In this document: in pieces, positions 1-15,630 of the stretch | Numbering within the stretch: position 1 is the stretch's first letter | Layout: every line of letters starts with the position of its first letter | NCBI GenBank assembly: GCA_014905635.1 | Contig: CM026547.1 | Span: 1,798,001-1,862,000, forward strand | DNA length: 64,000 bases | Reading direction: 5' to 3' | Origin: Scenedesmus sp. PABB004 | Lineage: Eukaryota | Translations under genes and position numbers: made by a program | The notes under the pieces: model-generated | What the model saw: only the letters and a program-made list of their open reading frames with translations | Database searches by the model: none | What the model was told of the DNA's origin: nothing

Positions 1-92
1 AGCGCACCGCCGCCCCGCCGTCCGAGGCAACCGCCGCCGACGCGTCCCGCGACACCCGCCGCCGCGTCCGCCGCTGCGGCCATCACGTGCAG

Positions 93-2227
93 GGCTGCAC
101 GGCCATCATCTGCATGCCGGAGAACACGCCGGACATCAAGGTCGCCAACGTGCGCCGCCTGGGCGGCGTGGTGGAGCTCGTGGGCGAGAGCTACCAGGAG
201 GCGCAGGCGCACGCGCAGGCGCGCGCGCTGGCCGAGGGCCTCACCTTTGTGGCGCCCTACGACGACCCGCTCACCATCGCGGGCCAGGGCACCATCGGCG
301 ACGAGATACTGCGCCAGGTGCGCGCACACACGCACGCCGCGGGCGCCCCGCGCGCGGCCGCCGCCGCCGCCGCCGCCGCGCCGCACGCAGCCGCGTGCAG
401 CCGCCCGCGGCTGACGCGCCGCCGCGCCGACGCGTCGCTGCGCGTCGCAGTTTGGCGACCCCGCGGCGCTGGACGCCATCTTTGTGCCCATCGGCGGCGG
501 GGGCTCATCGCCGGCGTCGCCGCGTACGTCAAGGCCCTGCACCCACACATAAAGGCGCGCCGCGCCGCGCCCCGCGCGCGCGCGCGCGCCGCCGCGTGGC
601 GCGCCGCCGCCGCCGCGTGCGACGCCCCGGCTCCGCCGCCGCCCCCTCCCGTCATCCCTCCCTGCTGCTGCGCGCAGATCATCGGTGTCCAGCCGACCGG
701 CGCGAACACGATGGCCATGTCGCTGGAGCAGGGCCGCCGCGTGACGCTGTCGCGCGTGGACGCGTTTGCCGACGGCGTCGCCGTCAAGTTTGTGAGAGCG
801 CCGCCCCGCCCCGCGCCGCCGCGCCGGCCCGCCGCCGAGCCCCGCGCGCGCCCCGGCCCGCCGCCGCCGCCGCTGCGCTGCCGCCGCCGCGCCGCCCACG
901 CGCGCCGCGTCCTCGTCCGCCGCGCGCGCGCCGCCGCGTCCGCTCGGGCCAGGTCGGCGCGGAGACGTTCCGGCTGTGCCGCGAGCATGTCGAGGGCGTG
1001 GTGCTCGTGGACAACGCGTCCACCAGCGCGGCGATCAAGGACGTTTACAACGAGACGCGCAGCATACTCGAGCCCGCCGGCGCGGTCGCGGTCGCGGGCG
1101 CAAAGGCGTGGCTGCGGGAGAACGGGCACAAGGTGCGCGCGCGCGGCGCGTGCGACGCGTGCGGCGCACGGCGCGCGCCCGCCGCCGCGGCGCGGCCGGC
1201 GCGCGACGCCCGCGCGCGGCGCGCCGCCGCGCCGCAGGGCAAGACGGTCGTCGCGGTGACGAGCGGCGCGAACATCAACTTTGAGCGGCTGCGCCTCGTG
1301 TCGGAGCTCGCCGACGTCGGCGCGCGGACCGAGGTGATGATGGCGACGACCATCCCCGAGCGCCCGGGCGCGTTCAAGGCGTTTGTGGCCGCCTCGTTCG
1401 CGGGGCGGGACCTCAACGTCACAGAGTTCAAGTACAGGTGCGGTGCCGCCCGCGTGGTCGGCCGCCTGCGGGCGGGGCAGCGCGCCAGTGTGCCGCCGCG
1501 CGCCGCGCGCCAGCGTGCCGCGCCGGCGCCAGCGTGCCGCGCCGGCGCCAGGCGGGCAGCCGCGCTTGCGCGCGGCGCAGACGCGCCGGCCGCCGCTCGC
1601 CGTGCCGCCAGGTACTCTGCCGGCTCGTCGGCCAACATCCTGTGGTCGGTGGGCGTGCGGGACAAGGCCGAGATCGGCGAGATCATCGCCCGCCTGGCCG
1701 ACGCCGACATGCCGACACTCGACATCAGCCACATGGAGTCCGCCCAGGCGCGCGCCGCGCGCGGCAGCGGAAGGGGCTTGGGCCGGCCGGGCGCGGGCCG
1801 GCGGGGGGCACCGCCGCCGGGCCGCGCCGCCCACGCCCACGCCCACGCCCCCACGCCCACGCGCGCGCGCGCGCGCGCCGCCGCCGCGCAGATCCACCTG
1901 CGCCACCTCGTGGGCGGGCGGGCGCGGAGCTACACGGGCGAGATCCCGCACGAGCGCATCTACCGCGTGCAGTTCCCGGAGCGCGTCGGCGCGCTCTCCC
2001 GCTTCCTCGAGGCCCTCTCCTGCGGCGCCGGCGATGCGCCGCTGAACGTCACGTTGTTCCACTACCGCAACACCGGCAACCGCGAGAGCTACGTCATGCT
2101 CGGCCTGCAGGTCCCGCCCGAGGCCGACCGCGCGTGGCGCCGCGGCGTCAAGGCGCTGCAGGACGAGTTCACGTTTGAGGAGCTCGTCGGCGACGAGCGC
2201 CGCGTGTTCAACATGTTTATCCAGTGA
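93..2227 (+). CDS. ilvA: Biosynthetic threonine dehydratase/deaminase (5' end lies before the window; 7 exons here)
   Basis: Spliced exons give MPENTPDIKVANVRRLGG, PYDDPLTIAGQGTIG, FVPIGGG.LIAG, FADGVAVK, RSILEPAGA, TSGANINFERLR and the C-terminal regulatory domain (FPERVGAL, LFHYRN). Exons 93-317, 451-554, 678-791, 953-1132, 1238-1437, 1612-1747, 1892-2227. There is a 1-nt frameshift at ~502. Confidence 0.95.
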
Positions 2228-2559
2228 CCGGCGCGCGGCGCGGCGCGCGCGCGGCGCGCCGTGCGCGCGGCGGCGGCGGTAATGCCCGTCCGGTCGCCGC
2301 GGCGGGGTTCCCAGGTCGCCAGCTGCCCGGCGCCGTGGTCATCTGCTGGTGGACCAGCGAGGCGACCCGCAGCGCGCGCACGGCGGCGGAGCACCACCAC
2401 CAGCAGCGTCGCGGCGGCGCAGCGGGAACCGCGGCCGCGTGGCTTGCACGGCTGCTGGGCGGCCGGTCGCGTCCCACCCGGCAGATCGGTCTCGACCTCC
2501 TCCACGCCCGCCGCGACCGCGCGCCCGCCCGCGCCGCAGCAGCACTCACCAGGCGCGCG

Positions 2560-3728
2560 ATGGCCTCGCGCCGGGCGCTGGCCGCGTGGTTGGCCCTGGC
2601 GGTGGCGCACGCCGGCCTGGCGGCCGCTCAGGATGGCCTCCTGCTCTCCCGCAACGAGGACGACTGCATCGCGCCGGCCCTGGCCGGCCTGAACAGCCCG
2701 CCGCGCGTCTACCCCACCAGCCGATACATGATCAGCGGCACCCAGACCTACAGGGACACCGACGGGGGCACCGTGGTGAGCATGGCGCGGGCCGCGCGCC
2801 CGCCGGCCGGCCGGCGGCGGCGGCGGCACCAGCAGCGCGGCCGGCGGCTGCCGCAGCCTCGCCGCCGCCGCGCCCACGCCGCGCCGCGCCGCCGCAGATC
2901 AAGAACAACGCCGGATTCTCGGTCAAGTACTTCGCCACCTACAAGGTGCGCGCGGCGGCCCGCAGCGCGGCGTTCGCCCGCGCGCCCGGGCGCGCGGCGG
3001 CGCCCGGGTGACCAACCCGCCCGCCCGCCCAGGTCGTGACCAACCTGCCCGCGGGCGAGACGTACGTGCTGTACCACTGCGGCACGCCGCCCCCGGCGAG
3101 CGTGCCGGCGGGCGCCAAGGTCTTTGAGATCCCGCTGCGCTCGGTGTCGACCGACGACACGTCCGCCGCCGACTTCCTGGTGCGCGGGGCGGGCGGGCGG
3201 GCAGGGTGTGCGCGCGTGCGTGAGTGCGTGCGTGTGGGTGTGAGTGTGGGTGGCTGGGTCGAGGGGGAGGGCTGGTGGACGCACGGCGGATGAGCGCCGC
3301 GCCGCCCCGCCGCCGTCGCTCACGCCGCGCCGCGCGGCGCCGCGCCGCGCAGAAGCAAGTGAGCGCCATCGACCGCGTCGCGTACGCGTCGCAGCTCTCC
3401 GTCAGCGGCTGCTTCCAGTCCATGGCGGGTGAGCGCGCGCCGCACACGCCGCGGCCGGGGCGCCGCGTGGCGGCGGCGCCGCGCCGCGCGCCCCGCGCCC
3501 ACGCGCCCGCCGGCGCCCCAGGCTGCGGCTACGTCGCGCCGGACCCCCAGTATGCTGCCGAGGACGCGGCGGCCATCGCGAGCCAGGTCGACGCGTTTGT
3601 GACGACGGGCGCGACCAGCAACCCCAAGTCCATCGCCATCAGGCGCGCGGCCGGCCGCGCGCGGCGAGGGCGCGCGCCACGCCGCCGCCGCGCCGCCGCG
3701 GCCGCCGCCGCCATCGCGCCGCCACGCG

Positions 3729-3759
<31 letters not shown>

Positions 3760-5142
3760 CGCGGCGATGCCGCCGCCGCCGCAGCGCGGTGTTTGCGTCC
3801 GCGCCGCTGCTGCGCGCCGAGTGGCTCAAGTACATGGCCGCGTTTGTGAACAAGGAGTGGGAGGCGGAGACCCTGTACCGCACCATACGCAACGACTACA
3901 ACGCGCTGCGCCGCGCCGCGGGCGCGGCCGCGGGCGCGGCGGGGCGGCGCACGGTCGTCGCGTGGGTGTACCTGGGCTGGGCGGCCGACTTTGTGGTGTC
4001 CAAGGCGCCCTACAAGGCCGCGTACGTGGCCGACGCGGGCGGGGCGATGCTGGACGACGCGACGCTGCGCGCGGCGGGCATGACGGCGCAGGGCGGCGGG
4101 TCGTGGTCGATGCCGCAGGCCAACCGCGCCGCATGGGCCGCGCTGCTCGCCAAGGCGCGCGCCCGCGCGGGGGCCCCTGCGGCGCCGCGGGCCCCGCGCG
4201 CCTCGCGCCCGCGCGCCCGCGCGCCCGTGGGCTCAACACGTGCGCGGTGTCGCGCGCAGGCTGACGTGATCATCGACGAGACGTACGACAAGCCCACGGG
4301 CGGCCTGGTGCGACTGGCCGACTTTGTGTCCCGCCACGGCCTGTCGGGCCGCACCGTGCCCGCGGTCTCGGGCCGCCGCGTCTACACGCTCGCGGGCACG
4401 ACCGGCCAGACGGTGCAGGACCCGGACAGCCCCTACGACGGCAGCGTGGGCCTCGACTGGTACGAGCGCGGCACGAGCCACTGCGAGGAGGTGCGGCGCC
4501 ACGGCGCGACGCCGCGGCGGCGGCGCGGCGGCGCCGCGGCGGCGCCGCGGCGGTGTGGCGCGGCGCGGCTGGGCCTGCGCCCCCTGACGACCGCCCCCTG
4601 ACGACCGCGCCGCTGCGGTCAGGTGCTGCGCGACTTCACGCAGGTCCTCACCCCCAGCACGGTGCACCGCACACTGGCCGGCTGGAAGCTGCGCTGGCTG
4701 CTGCGCCTCGACGGCGTGCAGACGCAGTTCCGCACGCCGCGCGACTGCGGCAGCGAGTCGGGTGCGGGGCGCGGGGCGCGGGCAGCGGGGCGCGCCGCGC
4801 GGGCGGGCAGGCACGGCGCGGCGCGGCCAGGGCGCGGCTGAGCCGCCCGCGGGCCCGCCCGCCGCCGCAGTGTTTGATTCTGCCTGCCGGCGCGCCGCCT
4901 ACCCGGTCCCGATCTGCCCCAACATTGTCAGGTGGGGCCCGCGCACCCCGCGCGCCGTCCGCGCGTCGCCCCGCCTTACCTCGCCCCCGCCCCCCCTCGC
5001 GTCCTGCCCGCGCCGCAGGAACTGCACGGACGGCTCGTGGACCTACCCGGTGCAGGCGTTCCGCTGCGACGCGGTGCGCGCGCAGAAGGTGGTCCGGCGG
5101 CTGCGCAAGCGGCAGGGGCTCCCAGAGTGCGTCGTGGTGTGA
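2560..5142 (+). CDS. Secreted periplasmic-binding-protein-like protein, CBA1 (cobalamin acquisition protein 1)/FAP24 family, about 10 exons
   Basis: Signal peptide MASRRALAAWLALAVAHAGLAAAQ. Motifs FSVKYFATYKVVTN, TYVLYHCGTPPP, FEIPL, PLLRAEWLKYMAAFVNKE, ADVIIDET and LDWYE match my recollection of CBA1-like proteins. Confidence 0.75.
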
Positions 5143-5746
5143 GCGCCGCGCCCGCGACCCGGACCCCCTCCCCCCCTTCCCCTCGTCCTCACTGCCCATC
5201 GTTGGCCCACGGCCGGCGCACAAACCAATTCCTCGTCGGCCGCGCGCGGGCCGAGCGCTGCGGGGCTGCTGCTCTCTCGGACGGGATTCACAACGCATGC
5301 TGCACGGGATTGGAGAGCGCTCCGGCGCGCCTCGGCAGGTGTGTATTAGCGGGTTAGCACTGCACCAGCCCTTGCGCAGCGCCGAGGGGGGCCTCCCGGG
5401 GCGTCCGCTGCGGCGGGCGGCGAGCGTCGGCGGGCGACCCGTCGGGTCATCGTCTGCGGACGCGGCAGCACTGCCCACACATCACTTGTCGCGTCAGTGC
5501 TGGCTGCGCGCGTTAACGGCCGGCAGCGACGACTCGCACGCGGCTGGCGCGGAGCGCGGCGGCACGCGCCGCCCGGTAACCGAGTGTGGGCCTCGGTCGG
5601 CTGCGGGGTCGCGGGGCTCACGCTCGGTCACACGGCGCCGCGGCCGACAGCTCGCTGCACGGGGCCCGCCACCCCACAGGCGTGCCCGTGACCCCGCAGG
5701 CGCGCGGCAGGCGTGCGGGCTGGCCGCCGCCGGTGCTAGCGCGCGG

Positions 5747-7201
5747 CTAGAGGGCGTCCTCGTTCATGATGACGTACTCGCGGCTGGAGAAGCCAAAGCG
5801 CAGCACGTCACTGTGCAGCAGCTCATAGTAGCGCGCGCCCTCGAGCCGCTCGCCGTTGAGCGTCGTGCCGTTGACCGTCTCCAGGTCGATCACGTACGGC
5901 TTGACCACGCGCCGCGTGGCGAGGCCGTCGGGCGCGTCGACCTCCACCTCCCTGCGCGCCGGCGGCGCGGCGCGGCGCGGCGCGTTTCACGCCCGCCGCC
6001 GCCTTGACTGCTGCCGCCCGCGCGCCCAGCCACGCCCCGCCGCTGCCGCCGCGCCCCGCCGCGCCTGAAGCAGAGCACCGCGTGCTGCCGGCTGCAGGAG
6101 GGGTGGTCCGTGGGGATGTCTGCGACCTTGCGGTCCTTGCCGAGGAGGTAGAAGGGCGTCTGAGTCAGCGCGATGGGCGGCGCGGCCTCGTCGCGGCCCT
6201 TGAAGATGTACAGCCGCCACGCCGGCTTGCGGCACACGCGCGCCTCGGGCGGCGGCTGGTACTTGAGCTCTGCCGTGCCGTCGACGGTCTTGTTGGTCTC
6301 GGCGGCGAGCTTGCCCGACAGCCCCATGTTGGGCTGCGCCTTGGGCACGGGCGGCGCGGCGCGCGCCGCCTCCTCGGCCGCCCACTCCTCTGCCGGGCGG
6401 CGCGGCGCGGCGTTGGCGGCGTTGGCATGCTGGCTGCGCCCGTGGCTGCGCGCGCGCGGGCGGCGCGCGGCGCCCGCGCCGCGGCGGCCCCGCCGCCCAC
6501 CTGGCTTGCCCCAGCGCTGACCGCCGCCGTCGTCATCGTCGCGACCGCGCCTGCCGCGCCCGCCGCCGCGCCCGTCGCCGCGCCCGCCGCCGCGCCACTG
6601 CTGCTGCTGCTCGCGCCCGAAGCCACCGCCGCCGCCGCGCTCGCCGTCGGCCCCGCCGCTGGGCGGCGGCCCCGGGTACGCCGGCGGCGCCGGGCGCTCG
6701 CCGCGGTCGCCCCCGGGCCTGCCGCCGTCCGCGCCGCTGCGCGGAGGCTCGCGCCGCCCGTCGGCGCTGCGGCTGCGGCGCCGCTCGCGGCTGCGCTCCC
6801 TGCTGCGGTCGCGGCTGCGGTCGCGCCGGTCGTGCCTGCGGGGCAGGGGGCGGCGGGCGCAGCGGGCAGCGGCGCGCGTCGGCGGCCGCGACCTGCGCCG
6901 CGTGCTGCAGCGCCGGTGCCTGCGGGAGCTCCAGCTGACGCCGCGCCCGCATGCCGCCTGCCCACCTGCTGTGCCCGTGGTGGCCGCCCGGGGAGCGGCG
7001 CCGCGGCGAGCGCTCCCTGCTGTCGTCCCTGTGCCGGCCGCTGTCGTGCTGGCGTTGCCTGCAGCGGTGGGGGAGGCGAGGAGGACATGTGGGCGGTGTG
7101 GGCGGCCGGGGAGCGCGAGGCGGGATCGCATGGGCGCGGGGCCGAGCCCGGGCGCAACCACACACCCACCTCTCAGGAGACCGCTCCCCCGCGGCGCCCA
7201 T
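5747..7201 (-). CDS. SNIP1: FHA-domain protein SNIP1/DAWDLE (RES complex)
   Basis: RS/RD-rich N-terminus, then PNMGLSGKLAAETN, LKYQPPPEAR, WRLYIFKG, DIPTDHPSCSRQHAV, KPYVIDLETVNGTTLN and FGFSSREYV. Confidence 0.92.
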
Positions 7202-7463
7202 GCCGGCCCCGAAGCGCGCGGCGCGCTGTGTCACTGGTGGAAGGCGGAGCAGCGGCGTGCGGTGGTGCGGCGGCTGGGGCGGGGGGCGGCGGGCGTCGCT
7301 GCTGCTGCTGCTGCTGCTGCTCGAGAAAGCGGTGTGTGCGTGCTGAAGCTACCACCACGGTGCGAGGGAGTGGGCAGGGCGCGGGGCGTTGCCGGGGCCA
7401 TGGCGACGGCGCGCCGCGCTTGTGCAGCGCGGCGCTAAAACCCGCTCTGAAACGGCCACGCCG

Positions 7464-9261
7464 TCATTGGGCGCCGCCCCCCTCGTCGTGCGGCAGGTGC
7501 ACGACGACGTACAGAAAGCCGTCCGCGGCGCCCAGCTGCGCGTGCAGCCACGCCAGCGGCGTGAGCCAGTCCGGCTGCACGCCGCACACGAGCGCCGCCG
7601 CGCGCGGCCAGCCGGCGGGCAGCACGTGGCTGGCCGCCAGCGGCACCGGCGGCGGCGGCGGCGGCGGCGACGGCGCCTCTGCCGCCGCCGCGCCGCCACC
7701 TTCGTCGCCCGGTGCCGCAACTGCTGCACGCAGCGGGTCGTCGGGCGGACTGCTGGGCGTGCCTGCTGCTTCCGCCGCCGGCCCCTGCTGCTCCTGCTGC
7801 TCCTGCTGCTGCTCCTGCAGCGCATGCGGCTCCGGCGGCTGCGCCGCGCCGGCGGCGGCACCCGCCGCCGGCACGGGCGCTGGGAAGCGTCGCGGCATCA
7901 CCGTGTGCAGCAGGTGCGCCAGCAGCGTCGCGCTGCCGTCCGGCTGCGTCACCTCGACCGGCCTGCTGCTGCTGTACGTCGCCTGCCACGCGGAGCCGTC
8001 TTCTGCTGCCGGGGACGGCGGCGGCGCGGCAGTGCGTGGGCGTCAGGGCGCCGCCGGGCGAGCAGCGGCCGCGCCGCCGCGCGTGCGCCGCGGCCGGCCG
8101 CACCCTGGCCCGGCGGCGCGTGCTGCCGAACGAACACCCGCACCGGCACGCAGGGCACGGCGCTGCCAGGGCGCTGCGGGACGGGCCGCGGCAGCGGCAG
8201 CGGCAGCGGGGGCGTCAGCACGGGCGCACGAGCCCGTCACGGCAGGCCCCGCACGCCGCCGGCCCGCCGCTGCGGTGAGCCGCTGCTCACCACGGAGGGC
8301 ACGAGGCGCAGCTGCGCCAGCACCTGGCGCACGCCCGCGCCGTCGCCGCGGTTGAGCGCCCCCCACAGCTCGTCCTGCGCCGCGCCCGGCAGCCGCATGA
8401 CGGCGCCCGCGCCGTCGCTGCCGCGGCAGCAGTAGCCCGCCTCCTGCGCGGCCCGCGGCTCGGGGCCGTCACCGTGCAAGCGGTGCGCGCTGCGTGCGCC
8501 GCGCACGGCGCAGCGCCGCGGCCCCGCCCCGCACGGCGCCGCGCCGCGCCGCGCCCCGCCCCGCCCCGCGGCCGCGCCTTGATGCTGCTGAGGTAGTGCT
8601 CCTTGGCGCCGCCCGCGTTCTGCCAGGGGTTGGCCAGCGCCGCCGGCATGCCCCGGTAGTGCACCGTCAGGCACCACGGCGGCGGCGGCGCCGCGCCGCC
8701 CGGCGCCGGCTCCGGCGGCGGGCACGGCGCGAGCAGGTCGTGCAGGACGCCCAGCGGCTGCGTCCAGTTGAGCGGCGCGCCCTGCTGCTCGAACCAGGGC
8801 CCTCCGGGCGCGCCCGGCCCCGGCGCGCGGAGCAGCACGTGCTGCGCGGCGGCGCGGCGCGCGGGGGTGTCGGCGCGTGCGGCCCGCACGGGCGGGCGTG
8901 GGGGAGCGCCACGGCCTCCCCGCCGCGCGCTGCAACGCACCTGGAAGAAGGCAAGGCTCTGCTGCGCCAGCGCGGGCAGGTAGGCGTGCCGCGGCGCGAG
9001 CAGCTGCGCGGCGCGGCGCGGGCGGGTGTCAGCCGGGCCGCGGGCGCGGCGCGGCTGCGCCGGCGCCTGCCGCAACTCACATACACGGGCTTGACGTCCC
9101 CCGGCGACGAGATTTCGCTGCGGGCCAGGCTCAGGCGCACGGGGATCTGCGGGCGGCGCGGCGCGCGGCGGTCGGCGCCGCCCGCGCTCCCCCGCTGGCG
9201 CAGCTGCGGCAGCGTCCTCGCCCAGTACCTTGAGCTGCCACACGTCCTCCGCCGCCGCCAT
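7464..9261 (-). CDS. ATG5: Autophagy protein 5
   Basis: Spliced exons give VWQLKIPVRLSL, LAPRHAYLP, WFEQQGAPLNWTQPLGVLHDLL, PWCLTVHY, YLSSIKEA, QDELW, VPVRVFVR and GVQPDWLTPLAWL...DGFLYVVV. Confidence 0.9.
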
Positions 9262-9603
9262 CGCAGCTGCCGCGCGGCACGCGGCGGCGCGGCAGCAGCA
9301 GATGGCCCGGCTGCGCGCCGGGCGACGTGCTGGAGCTGTTGGGCCGGCTTCCCTGCGGACGCGTGGCTTGTGTGCAGGCGGTATGGCGATGAACCCCGGC
9401 TCGCCGACCGCTCGGCTGCCGCCGCTGTGGGCTCTTGCGCCGGCGCGCGGTCGCTGAGCCGCACAAACCGGCAACGGCGCAGGCGCCGCCACGCCTTCCC
9501 GGCGCTGACAGCGTTTCGCCAGCGACATCCCACAAGCGGTGACGGCGTCCCAGCCGCAGCGCGTGCGGGCGCCGCTCGTGCCCGGCGTGCATCGCTCACA
9601 GCG

Positions 9604-11592
9604 ATGCAGCAGGCGCGGCCGCCACACCCCGGCGCGTTTGGGGCGCTGCCGCCGGCGGTCGTGGAGGCGGTGCTCGAGCGCCTGGCCCGGCACGAGCTCG
9701 CGGCGCTTAGCACGGTCTGCCGCGCCTGGGCGGCGCTGCCGTACGCGTTTGTGCGGGCGCTCGACGTCGACTGCAGCACGGCGGGGCCGGCGCCGCCGCC
9801 GGCGGCGCTGCCGCTGTGCGTCGCGCTGCGTGAGCTGGACGCGAGCCTGCCGGGAGTCCGCAGCGCCTGGCAGCCGCTGGCGGCGCAGCTGCTGGCGGCG
9901 CGCCTGCCGGCGCTGCGCGTGCTGCGCGTGCGGCACAGCAGCGGCCTCGGCGGCGACGACGTGCGGCAGCTCAAGGCCATCCTGGCGGCGCAGGGCCCGG
10001 CGTGCAAGCTGCACCTCGCCGTCACTGACCGCGCGTCGCTGCTGGCGCTGCTGGGAGAGCTCCCGGTGCCGGGGCTGGAGGCCCTGGACCTCAACGTCCC
10101 CACCCTGCCCGAGGGCGCCGCCGAGCTGCTGGAGCGCGCGGCCGCGGCGCAGGCGGCCGGCGGCGGCGCCGCGCTGCGCGTCGGCGTCTGGGTCTGCGAC
10201 TGGGGCGGCTGCAGCGGCCTCAGCGTGGCGGAGGCCTTGCACCTGCATCGGCGGCTGGGTGCGGCTGGATGCTGCACCCTGGGCGGGCTCGAGGCGGTCG
10301 GCTGCGCTGGCGCCGCCGACATTGAGCGCCTGAGCGAGCTGACGGGCCTCCGGCAGCTCGGCGTCAGCATCAAGCGGGCGACCGCCGCCTCAGGCGCCGC
10401 TGCCGCGGCCGGCGCGGCCAGCCCTGCCCCCTCGTCCAGCGGCGGCGACGGTGGCCCGCTCGCTGCCCTGATGCCGCTGCGCGGCACCCTGGAGCGCCTG
10501 ACCATCCAGGGCTCGTTGCCGCCCGCGCCGGCGCCGGCGGCGCTCGGCGCGCCGGCACCGCCGCTCGCGGCGTTGACTGGCTTGACCAAGCTCGTGCTCG
10601 CGAAGCAGTGGGGCGCGGCCCTGCCGGTCGCGCCCATCGCCGCGCTGACGAGGCTGCGAGAGCTGGTCGTCGAGCGCATGCGCCTGGCGCACGCGGCGGA
10701 GCTCGCCTGCCTGGGCGCGCTGGCGGAGCTGCGCGTGCTGTCGCTGACGCTGACGGTGGGGGCGGCGGAGCTGGTGGACCAGGCGCGGCGTGGCGCCTGG
10801 CAGCTGGCGGCGCCGCCCCGCAGCGTCCAGCGCGGGCTGGAGGACTGCGTGCGCGGCCTCGCCGTGAGCACCGACAGAGGCGGCAGCGCTGGCGCGGCCT
10901 GCTCCTGCTGCTGCGGCGGCGGGGCTGACGGAGGCGGCGGCGACAGAGGTGGCGAGCAGCTCGTGGCGGGCGCGCCGGGCCAGGGTGCCGCGCACGCCAC
11001 CGAGCTGCTGCGCGAGGTCGCTGGCTGCCCCGCGTCGGCGGACGCGGACTCGCCCGCGTTGCTGGACTGGCGCTGGCTGGTTCAGCTGTCGCGGCTCGAG
11101 GTCGCGTGGCTGCACGTCCCGCACGTTGAGCTTGCCGCGCTGCCGCCGAGCCTCACCGAGCTGGACGCGCAGCAGCCCCACGAGCTCATGCCCGCCTGCG
11201 TGACCTGCACGCCGCCGGGCGCCGCCTGGCTGCCCCGCCTGCGCCGCGCGGTGCTGCCGCGCGTGCTGCCGCCTGGCGCGGCGGCCGGCGGCGATGACAA
11301 TGAGAGCGCCGGCGACGGCGACGCCCCGGCGGTGCTGCACGGCAACGCAGCGCTGCTGCTGCGCCTGGCGCTGGGCGCGCCCGCGCTGCGAGAGCTCGAG
11401 CTGGTCCAGTGGGCCGTGCCGCCGCGCGCGGTCTGTGCGGCGGCGGCGGTGCTGCCGCGCCTGCGCTCCCTGTCCCTGATGGAGCCGGAGCGCCAGCCCG
11501 CCGCCGCCGCCGCCGCCGAGCTGCGCGCGGCGCTGCCGGCTTCGGTGAGCAGGGTTGAGCTGCAGCCGCGCCTCGTGCCGCGGTTATGGTGA
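9604..11592 (+). CDS. F-box / leucine-rich-repeat protein, apparently intronless
   Basis: F-box-like LPPAVVEAVLERLARHELAALSTVCRAW followed by LxxLxxLxL repeats (LTGLRQLGV, LTGLTKLVL, LTRLRELVV). Codon usage is coding-like. Confidence 0.75.
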   Translation: MQQARPPHPGAFGALPPAVVEAVLERLARHELAALSTVCRAWAALPYAFVRALDVDCSTAGPAPPPAALPLCVALRELDASLPGVRSAWQPLAAQLLAARLPALRVLRVRHSSGLGGDDVRQLKAILAAQGPACKLHLAVTDRASLLALLGELPVPGLEALDLNVPTLPEGAAELLERAAAAQAAGGGAALRVGVWVCDWGGCSGLSVAEALHLHRRLGAAGCCTLGGLEAVGCAGAADIERLSELTGLRQLGVSIKRATAASGAAAAAGAASPAPSSSGGDGGPLAALMPLRGTLERLTIQGSLPPAPAPAALGAPAPPLAALTGLTKLVLAKQWGAALPVAPIAALTRLRELVVERMRLAHAAELACLGALAELRVLSLTLTVGAAELVDQARRGAWQLAAPPRSVQRGLEDCVRGLAVSTDRGGSAGAACSCCCGGGADGGGGDRGGEQLVAGAPGQGAAHATELLREVAGCPASADADSPALLDWRWLVQLSRLEVAWLHVPHVELAALPPSLTELDAQQPHELMPACVTCTPPGAAWLPRLRRAVLPRVLPPGAAAGGDDNESAGDGDAPAVLHGNAALLLRLALGAPALRELELVQWAVPPRAVCAAAAVLPRLRSLSLMEPERQPAAAAAAELRAALPASVSRVELQPRLVPRLW

Positions 11593-11760
11593 GGCGGGCG
11601 GCGGCCGTCGGGCGGCCAGCGCGTGCAACACCACCGCACGACCTGCAGGGGCACTGTTCCCCCGCGGCGCAGGCGTGGCGACGCCACGCCTGCGAGCAGC
11701 GTATCGGTCTGCCGCCGTGCGCGCCTTCTCCAGCTACCGCAGCCAGCAGCAGCGGCGGCC

Positions 11761-12502
11761 ATGGCGTGGCGAGAGCAGCGACCGTGGCGTGGCGTGGCGG
11801 CAGCGGCGTGCTGGGCCCTGCTGGCATGGGGCGCCGCAGCAGTAGCGGCGGGCGACAGCGTGCCCGCCGCCAGCGAGCGACAGCAGCCGAGCTGGCGCAG
11901 CTGCGGCGAAGCTGGTGCGCGCGGGGGTCTTTCGCGTGTCCGCGCGGCGCGGGGCCGCCGCAACCGCCGCCGGCGCCGGCGCCGCTGGCGTGCCCGGGCC
12001 GCCCACCCGCCGCGCGCGCCTGCCCCCTGCCGCAGCGTTCCGCGTTGCCACGGTGGACCTGCAGCCGTCGGACGTGCTGCCGCGGGGCAGCCGCCTGGTG
12101 CTCACGCTGTCGGGCGAGGTGCACCAGCCGGTCGTCGCGGGCGCGGCGAGCGTGGAGGTGTTCTACTGGGGCGTGCCCGTGCTCACCGCGAGCGACACGC
12201 TCTGCGCCGGCGGGGGCACCGGCGGCCGCGCGCTGCAGGCGGCAGCGCAGCAGCCGCTGGCTCTCGACGCCCACGGCCGCGGCGCCAGCGGCCCCGGGGG
12301 CTGGCGGCCGGGCCGGCGCGGCGGCGCGGCCGGCGACGGCGCGACGTGCGCGCTCGCGCCAGGCCCGCTGGTGCTCACGCACGAGGCGGCGCTGCCGGCG
12401 ATCGCGCCGTCGGGCCGCTACAGCATGCGGCTGTCTGCCGCAGACGCTGTGACGGGCGCCCCGCTGATGTGCGTGGACGTGTGGTTCCGCATCAGCGGCT
12501 GA
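11761..12502 (+). CDS. ML-domain (MD-2/NPC2-like) lipid-binding protein, 2 exons
   Basis: Signal peptide, WRSCG, FRVATVDLQP, DTLC...TCALAPG, PAIAPSGRY and LMCVDVWF give the ML-domain cysteine pattern. Confidence 0.85.
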
Positions 12503-12601
12503 GACGGCACGCGGCCGCGTTCGCTGGCTTGTGTCGGGGAGAGCGTGCGTGCGCGAGTTGAGAGTGAAGTGAGTTGCCAGGCCGCGGTCCCGCTCGCCCG
12601 C

Positions 12602-15630
<3,029 letters not shown>

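Noticed and set aside
93..2227. ilvA as a pseudogene
   Set aside because: There is only one lesion, in a homopolymer, and all other motifs and splice sites are intact. Assembly error is more likely.
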